Below, in pieces: positions 8,881-17,023 of a stretch of DNA of 21,726 nt. The DNA is from a bacterium (GTDB lineage: Bacteria > SZUA-182 > SZUA-191 > JAJRXT01). The translations under genes were made by a program, and so were the position numbers. Each line of letters opens with the position of its first letter. Within the stretch, counting starts at the first letter, position 1. Where the stretch lies: contig JAJRXT010000086.1 of the NCBI GenBank assembly GCA_024276125.1, positions 1 to 21,726 of the forward strand, in the 5' to 3' direction. The notes under the pieces were generated by a model. That model was not told where the DNA came from and ran no database searches. It saw only the letters and a list, made by a program, of their open reading frames with translations.

Positions 8881-9570
8881 TCTAGCCCCCAACTCATCCG
8901 CTATACGCTTAGATAATTTCATTACAATTTTATTCCTTACATCTTCAAGATACTGCGGGTTATCAACAACATCATCTCCTTGAGCAAAAGCCTCCCATAC
9001 TATTTTAGTGTTACTTAAATTCCATATTTGTACCTGAATATAGACAGTAAGATTGTTCGGATACTTGGGAATGGGCGCATAATCCGAATTAATACTAATA
9101 ATATAGGCGGCTCCCAATTTTTTGTATAATTTCTGTAATTTATCAAAATCGGTTACAGATGCCAAGCTGTATTTATACAGGTATTCAAAATATTCCTCCC
9201 ACATATCCATATCAGTAAAGGTATCGCTTGCTTCTTTGTTGCTTATAAACTTTATGTTAGCAAATTTTTTAGTCAATTCCTCATAAAAAATATTAGTTAC
9301 CGTCTCCTCGCCTAATCCACCGCCCATAATGCTTCTAACCGGTAATAGGGCAATTTTTATGTTTTCTAAAGAATTTAAACTAAATTTTGTTTTTTTATTG
9401 ATTTCTCCGTAGGTAAAGCTTACTTGTGAGATATCTTCTTCTGTAAAAAACTCCATTTTGGAAAATTCAGCGGATAATTTTTTATAGCCTTCAGTTTCAG
9501 AAATAGTAGCGCATCCCATTAAACGAATCAATAATAATAATAAAATAGCGTTTTTTACAATAATAAGCAT
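8878..9570 (-). CDS. Hypothetical lipoprotein
   Basis: 230 aa. Signal peptide with lipobox LMGC (MLIIVKNAILLLLLIRLMGC|ATIS). No recognised domain. Confidence 0.6.
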   Translation of the reverse strand: MLIIVKNAILLLLLIRLMGCATISETEGYKKLSAEFSKMEFFTEEDISQVSFTYGEINKKTKFSLNSLENIKIALLPVRSIMGGGLGEETVTNIFYEELTKKFANIKFISNKEASDTFTDMDMWEEYFEYLYKYSLASVTDFDKLQKLYKKLGAAYIISINSDYAPIPKYPNNLTVYIQVQIWNLSNTKIVWEAFAQGDDVVDNPQYLEDVRNKIVMKLSKRIADELGAR

Positions 9571-9597
9571 ATTTTTTATTCTTAAAATAAAACCAGC

Positions 9598-10398
9598 CTA
9601 AAGCCCCAACACATCACACATATCATATAAACCAGCTTTAGCGGCAACGACAAATTCAGCCGCCCTTACGGCGCCTTTGGCAAAGGTATCGCGGCTTTGC
9701 GCCCGATGAGTCAGTTCGATACTCTCACCGGTACCGGCGAAAAGCACCGTATGCGTGCCCACAATATCGCCGCCGCGTACTGTGTGTATACCAATCTCGT
9801 CAGGCTTGCGTTTCCCGATAATACCATGTCGGCCGTAAACCCCGACTTTATCCAAGTCGCGCCCTAATGCTTTGGCTACTACTTGCGCCATTTTTAGGGC
9901 TGTTCCGCTGGGTGCGTCCTGCTTAAAATGATGATGCGCTTCGATCAGTTCCACATCATAGTCATCGCCTAAAGTCTTGGCTATAATCTCAAGTACCTTA
10001 AATGTAAGGTTAACCCCCACGCTCATATTAGGCGAAAAGACCACCGGAATTTTTCGGGCTGATTCATTTATACGCTCTATCTGCTCATCTGTAAAGCCGG
10101 TAGTACCGATAACCATAGCCTTACCGGCCGCTGCCGCCTTTTCTAAATGGGTTATACTTACTTGCGGATTGGTAAACTCAATTATAACATCACCGGAGGC
10201 AATAAGTGCATCTAAATTAGAGTCAATCTTTATTCCCAACTGACCGACCCCTGCCAACAATCCCGCATCTTTACCCACATCAGGATGCCCAGCGGCTTCA
10301 ATAGCTCCGCCTAACTCTACTCCATGAGTATCGCGCACAGCGCCAACAATCCTACGCCCCATTCTGCCGGCAGCGCCTGATACAATCACTTTTATCAT
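9598..10398 (-). CDS. dapB: 4-hydroxy-tetrahydrodipicolinate reductase
   Basis: 266 aa. N-terminal Rossmann motif MIKVIVSGAAGRMGRRIV and the DapB C-terminal domain (HHHFKQDAPSGTA). TAG stop. Confidence 0.9.
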   Translation of the reverse strand: MIKVIVSGAAGRMGRRIVGAVRDTHGVELGGAIEAAGHPDVGKDAGLLAGVGQLGIKIDSNLDALIASGDVIIEFTNPQVSITHLEKAAAAGKAMVIGTTGFTDEQIERINESARKIPVVFSPNMSVGVNLTFKVLEIIAKTLGDDYDVELIEAHHHFKQDAPSGTALKMAQVVAKALGRDLDKVGVYGRHGIIGKRKPDEIGIHTVRGGDIVGTHTVLFAGTGESIELTHRAQSRDTFAKGAVRAAEFVVAAKAGLYDMCDVLGL

Positions 10399-10440
10399 AT
10401 TATATCCTCCCTATATTAACTTGGTATAATTAAATATTAA

Positions 10441-10903
10441 CCACAGAGAACACAGAGAAAATATAAGTTAAGCTAAAGTCCCTCTGTGTTCTCTAAACTA
10501 TTAAACGTTTTATACCCTCTTTTAATCTTTCTACATTGAAATTAATCAACAAACCGACTTTTTAGTTCATTGCTTTCAAATAGGTCAATAACTGTGCTTG
10601 GTATATTCTATTTATTGCTTCTACAGCTTTTAATTCTACAATGACTTTATTTTCTACCAAATAATCTATTCTATGTTTACCTATGTTTTTGCCTTTATAT
10701 CTCAGCTTTATTTCCTTTTGTCTTTCATACAAAACACATCTTAAGGTAAACTCATGAGCTAATGCTTCCTCGTAGATATTCTCCAACAATCCAGGACCTA
10801 ATTTTGAATGAACCTCTATCGCACAAGATATTATTCGTCCGGTTATATCTTTTAAAGGAAATTCCTTGGGAGAACACAGAGTATTTCTCTGTGCACTCTG
10901 TGG
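10441..10903. mobile_element. Putative small insertion unit carrying the GxxExxY gene, bounded by inverted CCACAGAG / CTCTGTGG ends
   Basis: CCACAGAG at 10441-10448 and its reverse complement CTCTGTGG at 10896-10903. Direct repeat GAGAACACAGAG at 10446-10457 and 10870-10881. 13-bp hairpin 10445-10457 / 10482-10494. Sits between dapA and dapB. Confidence 0.35.
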
Positions 10904-10933
10904 TTTCATTTTTCCCCCATTCTTTTCTACCAT
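10562..10933 (-). CDS. GxxExxY family protein (PD-(D/E)xK-superfamily small protein)
   Basis: 123 aa with the GxxExxY signature in GPGLLENIYEEAL and the conserved tail IVELKAVEAINRIYQAQLLTYLK. The N-terminal 20-30 codons overlap the CACAGAG repeats, so the start is uncertain (10933 or 10909). Confidence 0.7.
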   Translation of the reverse strand: MVEKNGGKMKPQSAQRNTLCSPKEFPLKDITGRIISCAIEVHSKLGPGLLENIYEEALAHEFTLRCVLYERQKEIKLRYKGKNIGKHRIDYLVENKVIVELKAVEAINRIYQAQLLTYLKAMN

Positions 10934-10940
10934 TTTGACT

Positions 10941-11816
10941 TTACTTTAAATTATAATCAGTTAAAACTTTTTTCAATTTAGCCAAATTATCCTCGCTCAT
11001 AGAACAAAGCGGTAATCTTAGGTTTCCGTCTATTTTATTCATCAGGCTCAAAGCCGTTTTTACCGGAATGGGATTTGTTTCATAAAACATCGCTTCACAT
11101 AATGGAAAAAGCTCAAATTGCAGCTTAGCGGCTGTTTTTATATCTCCGGCATTAAATGTATCTATCAGGTTTCTTACCAATTTTGGAGCAATGTTGGCTG
11201 CTACTGATATAACTCCCGCGCCGCCTATAGCAAGCATTGGCAATATAATAAAATCATCGCCTGATAATAATGTTATATTATCCCCGCATAAGTACCGAAT
11301 ATGCGTCATTTGGGCAAGCGAACCGCTAGCCTCTTTTATAGCGACGATATTGTCAATTTGGGCTAGCTTTGCAACTGTTGCCGGCAGCATATTTATGGAT
11401 GTTCTGCCGGGTACATTGTATAACACTATCGGAATATCCACCGCTTTGGCAATGTGTGTATAGTGATTATACAAACCGGTTTGAGTCGGCTTGTTATAAT
11501 ACGGAGTAATAATTAAAGCCCCGTCCGCTCCGGCGGCTTTTGCCGATTTGGTCAAGCGCAGCGCCTCGGCTGTATTGTTGGAGCCGGTACCGGCAATCAC
11601 GGGTACTCTCTTATTTACAATCTCTACGGCCAGTTTTATAACGTATTCATGCTCAATATGCGACATAGTGGCCGATTCACCGGTAGTACAGCAGGGTACT
11701 ATAGCAGACGTACCGTTTTTTAACTGATACTCAATTAATTCTGCAAATGATTTTTCATTTATTTCGCCATTTGCCTTAAATGGAGTGACAATAGCCACCA
11801 TTGATCCTTTAAACAT
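10941..11816 (-). CDS. dapA: 4-hydroxy-tetrahydrodipicolinate synthase
   Basis: 291 aa with a DapA/NAL-family TIM barrel (VPCCTTGES...; active-site Lys region IVAIKEASG). Start overlaps the lysA stop (TAATG). Confidence 0.9.
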   Translation of the reverse strand: MFKGSMVAIVTPFKANGEINEKSFAELIEYQLKNGTSAIVPCCTTGESATMSHIEHEYVIKLAVEIVNKRVPVIAGTGSNNTAEALRLTKSAKAAGADGALIITPYYNKPTQTGLYNHYTHIAKAVDIPIVLYNVPGRTSINMLPATVAKLAQIDNIVAIKEASGSLAQMTHIRYLCGDNITLLSGDDFIILPMLAIGGAGVISVAANIAPKLVRNLIDTFNAGDIKTAAKLQFELFPLCEAMFYETNPIPVKTALSLMNKIDGNLRLPLCSMSEDNLAKLKKVLTDYNLK

Positions 11817-13084
11817 TAGCTCATCTCCCCTAAAAACAAAGGGATTTCCTCCCCTTTAATTAAGTCCTTATAGCTTTCGCGTTGTTTTATAATATAATAT
11901 TTATCACCAAAAACCAAGACCTCAGCCGCCCGCGGGCGTGAGTTATAATTAGACGACATGCTGAATCCATAAGAACCGGCGCTTAAAACCGCCATTAATT
12001 CACCTTGTAAAAATTCGGGTAATAATCTTTTTTGCGCTAGAAAATCACCCGTCTCACAAATAGGTCCCACCACGTCAACTTCAATTTCAGCCCGCTTGTT
12101 TTGCTGTATGGGAATAATTTTATGATGCGCATTATACAAACTCGGGCGCGCCAGATCATTCATACCAGCATCTACAATCAGAAATTTTTTGCTTGTTGTA
12201 GGTTTGGCATAGGTAATGCGGGTAACTAAAATACCGGCATTACCCACAATCACCCGGCCGGGCTCTAAGATAATTTTACAATTACCCAAATCCTTTATCA
12301 AGGGGATTAGCGCACCGGCGAATTGAGCGGGCGAGGGCGGGGTTTCCGTATCATAGGTTATGCCTAAGCCTCCGCCAAGGTTAAGGTATTTTATACTAAA
12401 GCCCATTTTCCTTAGTTCCTTGATAAGGATGATAATCTTTTTTAGACTGTCTACAAACGGGGCGATTTCCGTAATTTGAGAGCCAATGTGACAGTGTACC
12501 CCGACAACCTGTATGTTTTCCAATGCGGCGGCGGTTTTATATTCTTCTATCGCCTGATATATATTAATACCGAATTTATTTTTCTCTAAGCCGGTTGATA
12601 TATAAGGATGAGTCTGCGGATCAACATCGGGATTAACTCTCAAGGCAACGTGTGCCTTTTTACTTAATTTACCGGCAACCTGATTTAATAATTTTAATTC
12701 TGCGGCGGATTCCACATTAAATAATAATACGCCGGATGATAAGGCATATTGCATCTCAGCGCTGGTTTTACCCACGCCGGCATATACTATTTTATTTGGC
12801 TCTACCCCAGCGGCAAGCGCGCGGTATAATTCCCCGCCGGAAACAATATCCATACCGGCGCCCATATTAGCTAAGGTCTTTAAGACAGCCTGATTGGAAT
12901 TGGCCTTCATGGCGAAACAGACTAAATGCTCAACACCGGCAAAAGCCTTATCAAAAACCTCAAAATGCCGGCATAAGGTATTATAACTATAAATATATAC
13001 GGGAGTACCGACTTTTTCGGCGATTTGCCTAACCGGCACATCTTCTGCGTATAATTCATTTTGCTTGTATGTAAATAAGTGCAT
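11816..13084 (-). CDS. lysA: Diaminopimelate decarboxylase
   Basis: 422 aa fold-III PLP decarboxylase. PLP-Lys in CFAMKANSN, plus HCHIGSQ and GGGLGI motifs. Confidence 0.9.
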   Translation of the reverse strand: MHLFTYKQNELYAEDVPVRQIAEKVGTPVYIYSYNTLCRHFEVFDKAFAGVEHLVCFAMKANSNQAVLKTLANMGAGMDIVSGGELYRALAAGVEPNKIVYAGVGKTSAEMQYALSSGVLLFNVESAAELKLLNQVAGKLSKKAHVALRVNPDVDPQTHPYISTGLEKNKFGINIYQAIEEYKTAAALENIQVVGVHCHIGSQITEIAPFVDSLKKIIILIKELRKMGFSIKYLNLGGGLGITYDTETPPSPAQFAGALIPLIKDLGNCKIILEPGRVIVGNAGILVTRITYAKPTTSKKFLIVDAGMNDLARPSLYNAHHKIIPIQQNKRAEIEVDVVGPICETGDFLAQKRLLPEFLQGELMAVLSAGSYGFSMSSNYNSRPRAAEVLVFGDKYYIIKQRESYKDLIKGEEIPLFLGEMS

Positions 13085-13111
13085 ATAATTATTGTTCCTG
13101 ATTATGGTAAA

Positions 13112-13519
13112 TTACCGTATATTGGCGGTTTTGTTAATTAAGTTTTTCGTATGAGAATAAAGAAAGTCCGGGCAAAAATCCGCACCGGTATCCCAAACGA
13201 TAGTCCCTAATTCTTTATCTATGCGAAAGTTTTTAAACCTTTTGATATCATTTAAAGGGGCAAAAACCTTTCCGTAAAGATATTTTTTAAAATCAATTTG
13301 TTTCTTATTTCCGTCCTCCAAATCAACCGGTTTAGGCAAGTGTTTAACCAATTCAGCATAAAACTTGAAAAAGAGTTTTGCTTCAATCCCTTTTACGCCC
13401 AAATCTATATCATTTGCCTCTTCGTTTTTTTCATGACAAGAGCCAAACAAACACACACAAGACACCCTATATTTTTTAGCACACTGTAAAATAATGTCTT
13501 TTTCTGCTTGGTTTATCAT
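13112..13519 (-). CDS. Minimal nucleotidyltransferase (MNT-type) domain fused to a DUF2442-like C-terminal domain
   Basis: 135 aa. N-terminus has the pol-beta NTase signature LFGSCHEKNEEANDIDLGV (GS...D.D). C-terminus (FAPLNDIKRFKNFRIDKELGTIVWDTGADFCPDFLY) resembles DUF2442. Confidence 0.55.
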   Translation of the reverse strand: MINQAEKDIILQCAKKYRVSCVCLFGSCHEKNEEANDIDLGVKGIEAKLFFKFYAELVKHLPKPVDLEDGNKKQIDFKKYLYGKVFAPLNDIKRFKNFRIDKELGTIVWDTGADFCPDFLYSHTKNLINKTANIR

Positions 13520-13548
13520 TTAGGGGTTTCCTCTGCGTATTCGCTCTT

Positions 13549-13590
13549 TTAGTGAAGAATCTAATTATACCCTTTGTTTTATAAGTTCAG
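13549..13590. repeat. Minimal copy of repeat family 1 (GAAGAATCT ... TTCAGAATGAC)
   Basis: gtgaagaatctaattatac...ttcagaatgacat between the NTase gene and the toxin-antitoxin-like pair. Confidence 0.45.
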
Positions 13591-13616
13591 AATGACATAT
13601 AGGTACTTTCTGCGAT

Positions 13617-13850
13617 TTATTTGGCAAAAGCAAAAACATCTATGGAAACAGATTTTACCGGAGTGGCTTTACCATGCAGCATTTGCCGTATCTCTTCCGT
13701 AGTCTGACGACTAAAGGTTTCTTCCCCGCAACGTGTACAGACCTTGGCAGGGATATCCTCAACCAGTACCGGTCTTTGGTTAATTTGAAAGACCTCGCTA
13801 ACCAATGTTTTTTTTGATTTTGTAAAGCCGCAAACATTACACCGAAACAT
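13617..13850 (-). CDS. YgiT-type zinc-finger protein (MqsA-family antitoxin-like)
   Basis: 77 aa. CxxC...CxxC (CNVCGF...CTRCGE) with the typical 'TLVSEVFQINQRPVLVEDIPAKVCTRCGE' layout. Two nt downstream of a DUF4258 gene. Confidence 0.6.
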   Translation of the reverse strand: MFRCNVCGFTKSKKTLVSEVFQINQRPVLVEDIPAKVCTRCGEETFSRQTTEEIRQMLHGKATPVKSVSIDVFAFAK

Positions 13851-13852
13851 AA

Positions 13853-14161
13853 TTATCTCCGTCTGGAATAGTTATCCCAATTGGTTTTATTTGGGGAATA
13901 AAGCGTTATAATTTTTACCATATCCGGGTCAGCAAGAGAAACTTGTATATGCAGGGGACGACCAGTTTTGGTAAAGCTTAACAACAAACAACTTGGAGAA
14001 TACTTGTCCTCAGGATAATTTTCAATGATTCTTGCGTTTTTTCCGGCCTGCTTTATCTCTAAATCGCTTATATTACGTTCAATCGCCCGCTTGAAAGCAT
14101 GCCGGCTGAATTCAAACCATCCGGCTGATAATTGATTCTGAACCTCAGCAAGTGTTTTCAT
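13853..14161 (-). CDS. DUF4258 domain protein (toxin-like partner of the YgiT zinc finger)
   Basis: 102 aa. SRHAFKRAIERNIS...PSCLLLSF matches DUF4258. Paired with the zinc-finger gene. Confidence 0.6.
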   Translation of the reverse strand: MKTLAEVQNQLSAGWFEFSRHAFKRAIERNISDLEIKQAGKNARIIENYPEDKYSPSCLLLSFTKTGRPLHIQVSLADPDMVKIITLYSPNKTNWDNYSRRR

Positions 14162-14267
14162 ATTTTCAAATCAGCAAATTCAACCCCACCGATGGATGTT
14201 AAAATTTCAATTAGTGGCACGGGGATAGCCATAGAGGGCTACCGCATAGCCGCCGATAAGCAAATAT

Positions 14268-14465
14268 TCAATTTTTTTTGAGTTGAGTAATTGTAAAAAT
14301 TCTTTGAAGTCTCTCGGTAGATGGATCATAGCCGAACGTAATCCTTCTTAATGTTTCCACTGCGGCGATTCTTTCAAGATAAGTCCTCTTTTCCCAGAAC
14401 TCATAATCATCATTTTCCCAAAGCGAGGTAACTTTAAATTTTTTTTTGTTCACTTTATATACCAC
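14268..14465 (-). CDS. Hypothetical small protein (65 aa)
   Basis: ORF preceded by the mini-lipoprotein module. No family recognised. TGA stop. Confidence 0.35.
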   Translation of the reverse strand: MVYKVNKKKFKVTSLWENDDYEFWEKRTYLERIAAVETLRRITFGYDPSTERLQRIFTITQLKKN

Positions 14466-14511
14466 TTATATACCATATCAAAAGTCGTGTCATATACAAA
14501 CTTATAATAGT

Positions 14512-14727
14512 TTATTGCTTATCTTCCGGCGCTTCCTGCCGTACCTTACTTAGCGGCTCAGGGGGAGCCTTTTTGCCACAGGCTGATATTAAGGTTAACA
14601 TAACCCTTGTAAAAAGCAACAAGACAATTGTTTTTGTTATATATTTTGCCTTTTCTTTAAGTTGACTAAGAGCATTGCGTACCATTCGGATCAACGTGTT
14701 CTTTAACCTTACCTGAGAATTGGTCAA
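14512..14727 (-). CDS. Small lipoprotein (copy 1 of duplicated module), start uncertain
   Basis: C-terminal 40 aa, ...ITKTIVLLLFTRVMLTLISAC|GKKAPPEPLSKV, is a signal peptide plus lipobox. 14528-14645 is about 95% identical to 15267-15385. Confidence 0.4.
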   Translation of the reverse strand: MTNSQVRLKNTLIRMVRNALSQLKEKAKYITKTIVLLLFTRVMLTLISACGKKAPPEPLSKVRQEAPEDKQ

Positions 14728-14784
14728 AGTGACATGCTATTTTTTCCCATTTACTGAGTTTATTGTTATTCATAGTGTTTTTTA

Positions 14785-15021
14785 TTAAGATGCTTTTTTT
14801 AGTTCATAAGAAATTCCATACGGTTCGGCAATATTTTCAGAAGCATCCAGCATTTCTATAGAAATAACCCTTCCGTCTTGGCCGTAATCAAAAATTATGC
14901 CTTCACTTCTCTCATCGCTTTCTATGACCGGTTTATTTTGAAGAATGAGACTTAGTGTGTCAGTTTCTGCGTCATATATTACCTTCAATTCTCTTCCCCC
15001 CTTACATCCAATATTTATCAA
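14785..15021 (-). CDS. DUF2283 domain protein (antitoxin-like partner of DUF4258)
   Basis: 78 aa. YDAETDTLSLIL...EGIIFDYGQDGRVISIEML matches DUF2283. Overlaps the upstream DUF4258 gene. Confidence 0.6.
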   Translation of the reverse strand: MINIGCKGGRELKVIYDAETDTLSLILQNKPVIESDERSEGIIFDYGQDGRVISIEMLDASENIAEPYGISYELKKAS

Positions 15022-15259
15022 TTCTTGAAGTTTTATAGACAGTTATTATATAAAATGTATCCGTTGATTTTAGGCCGATTACTCTTAACAACATCTCTTT
15101 ATTTAGTATAGCATCAACGTATTTAGTTTGAAAAATAACTCGTCCTTTTCTAGTTTGGATTATTTGAGTCGGATTCTCAATTAATTTTATTACAAGAGCG
15201 TTATCAATTTGCCGTCTTGTAATTTCAAATAAAGCATGTTTAGAAAAAATGATTTTCAA
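15002..15259 (-). CDS. DUF4258 domain protein (toxin-like)
   Basis: 85 aa (IIFSKHALFEITRRQI...). TTG start overlapping the stop of the mini-lipoprotein ORF (TTGA). Confidence 0.55.
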   Translation of the reverse strand: MKIIFSKHALFEITRRQIDNALVIKLIENPTQIIQTRKGRVIFQTKYVDAILNKEMLLRVIGLKSTDTFYIITVYKTSRIDKYWM

Positions 15260-15384
15260 TTTTCTTTTTCCCGCACCTTACTTAACGGCTCAGGGGGAGC
15301 CTTTTTACCGCAGGCTGATATTAAGGTTAACATAACCCCTGTAAAAAGCAACAAGACAATTGTTTTTGTTATATATTTGGACAT
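15256..15384 (-). CDS. Small lipoprotein, 42 aa (copy 2 of duplicated module; absent from the ORF track because under 60 aa)
   Basis: ATG at 15382-15384. Hand translation gives MSKYITKTIVLLLFTGVMLTLISAC|GKKAPPEPLSKVREKEN*. Near-identical to the C-terminus of ORF 14512-14727. Confidence 0.4.
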   Translation of the reverse strand: MSKYITKTIVLLLFTGVMLTLISACGKKAPPEPLSKVREKEN

Positions 15385-15393
15385 ATTTAGCGC

Positions 15394-16596
15394 CTATTTC
15401 TGAGATTTATTCTGCGCCATAACCTTAAGCGGCAGACCCCATATCTTACAAAACGACTCCCCGTCTTTATGATTAAAGGCATCTGCCTCGTCATAAGTTG
15501 CCAAAGAATAATTATATAATGAATTTTCAGATTTTCGCCCGACTACCATGCAATTGCCCTTATGCAGCTTAAGCCTTATAGTGCCGGTCATTTGCAATTG
15601 GAATTTAGCGAAAAAGGCATCCAGCGCATCCTTTAATGGAGAAAACCATAAACCATTATAGACCATTTCTGTATATTTATGACTTAAAACCTGCCTAAAA
15701 TGCAGACTTTCCTTATCCAGTACCATTTTTTCCAATTGAGCATGGGCAAAATGAAGTATATACGCCGCCGGCGCTTCATATATTTCGCGGGTTTTTATGC
15801 CTACCAGCCTGTTTTCCACCATATCGCTGCGGCCTATACCGTGCTCCCCGCCCAGCCGGTTAAGCTCTTCAACCAATTCCAATAAGGATAATTCTTTTCC
15901 ATTAATACGGGTAGGGCGTCCTTTGGTAAAGGACAATTCAACATATTCCGGCTCTGCTTTAGCCGTTTCAGTAGATGCGGTAAGCTGATAAACATCCTTA
16001 GGCGCCTCCTGCCACGGGTCCTCCAAAATACCGCATTCAATGCACGCTCCCCAAATATTATAATCCAAACTGTAGGGATTTTCTTTGGTTATCTCTAAGG
16101 GAATATTATGCTCGCGGGCAAATTCAATCTCCTGAGCCCTTGAATTAACCTCCCAGCGGCGCAAAGGAGCGACTATTTCAATCTCCGGCGCCAGCGCCAT
16201 TATGGATACATCGAAACGCACCTGATCATTTCCCTTACCGGTGGAACCGTGAGCTATCACGTGAGCTGATTCCGCTTTAGCTATATCTACCAGCGCTTTT
16301 GAGATCAGCGGCCTGCTTAGAGCAGCGGAAAGATAATAATTATCTTCATATACAGCATGAGCCCATACTGCCGGCAGACAATAGTTATCTAAAAACTCAT
16401 CGCGTACGTCTTGTACGTAAACTTTGCTGGCGCCGGTTTTAAGCGCTTTTTCTTTAATTTTTTCCGCATCCCTGCACTGACCCAAATCAGCATATACGGC
16501 GATTACCTCGTATTGATATCGCATGATGAACCATTTTATAATTACCGAGGTATCCAGCCCCCCGGAATATGCCAAAACCACTTTCTTTTTAGACAC
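15394..16596 (-). CDS. argG: Argininosuccinate synthase
   Basis: 400 aa. PP-loop AYSGGLDTSV and the full ArgG architecture. TAG stop. Confidence 0.9.
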   Translation of the reverse strand: MSKKKVVLAYSGGLDTSVIIKWFIMRYQYEVIAVYADLGQCRDAEKIKEKALKTGASKVYVQDVRDEFLDNYCLPAVWAHAVYEDNYYLSAALSRPLISKALVDIAKAESAHVIAHGSTGKGNDQVRFDVSIMALAPEIEIVAPLRRWEVNSRAQEIEFAREHNIPLEITKENPYSLDYNIWGACIECGILEDPWQEAPKDVYQLTASTETAKAEPEYVELSFTKGRPTRINGKELSLLELVEELNRLGGEHGIGRSDMVENRLVGIKTREIYEAPAAYILHFAHAQLEKMVLDKESLHFRQVLSHKYTEMVYNGLWFSPLKDALDAFFAKFQLQMTGTIRLKLHKGNCMVVGRKSENSLYNYSLATYDEADAFNHKDGESFCKIWGLPLKVMAQNKSQK

Positions 16597-16639
16597 TATA
16601 CTTTTCCTCCTTAACTATTAATAAATTTACTATAATGAC

Positions 16640-16850
16640 TGTCAAATGTAGGGTGGGTCAAGCCGGTATTAGAAAAAAGCCTGAACGATACGTTTTAAGT
16701 GTACATTATTTTATAATTGCGGACCCACCACACCGACAATTATTCGCCGTTAGGGTGGTAGATTCGGGGTGATCTTTTGCTGTTTTAATATTCTTCAAAT
16801 ACAGAAGAACAGATGTTACATAACACCCCTTAATCCACCCTACGGTAATA
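16640..16850. repeat. Interspersed repeat family 2 (TAGGGTGG / GGTGGGTCCGCAA-type palindromic element)
   Basis: GGGTGGGTC (16652-60) pairs with GACCCACC (16723-30). The 22-bp imperfect inverted pair gttagggtggtagattcggggtg / caccccttaatccaccctacgg lies about 50 bp apart. A reverse-orientation relative sits at 21580-21726. Confidence 0.5.
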
Positions 16851-17023
16851 TCCTTAGTTTTTTGTATAACATAAAATATTAAATGGATTTCTCTCTATTA
16901 AACTCTTTATAAAAGTATAAGCTAAATGATATTATTTTGCATCATTTATTAATAGTTTTTTTTTATTTTTAGATTTGCTATTATGGCTTTGAATCCTTTA
17001 TAAGCCTAAAATTTGAGATTAAA

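Noticed and set aside
13655-13837. Alternative-frame ORF inside the YgiT zinc-finger gene
   Set aside because: It is nested in another frame of a recognisable gene, with basic low-complexity translation.
14268-14465. Extension of the 65-aa hypothetical ORF through its TGA stop
   Set aside because: Read-through adds only about 19 low-information codons before TAA and shows no similarity, so there is no basis to treat it like the other interrupted genes.
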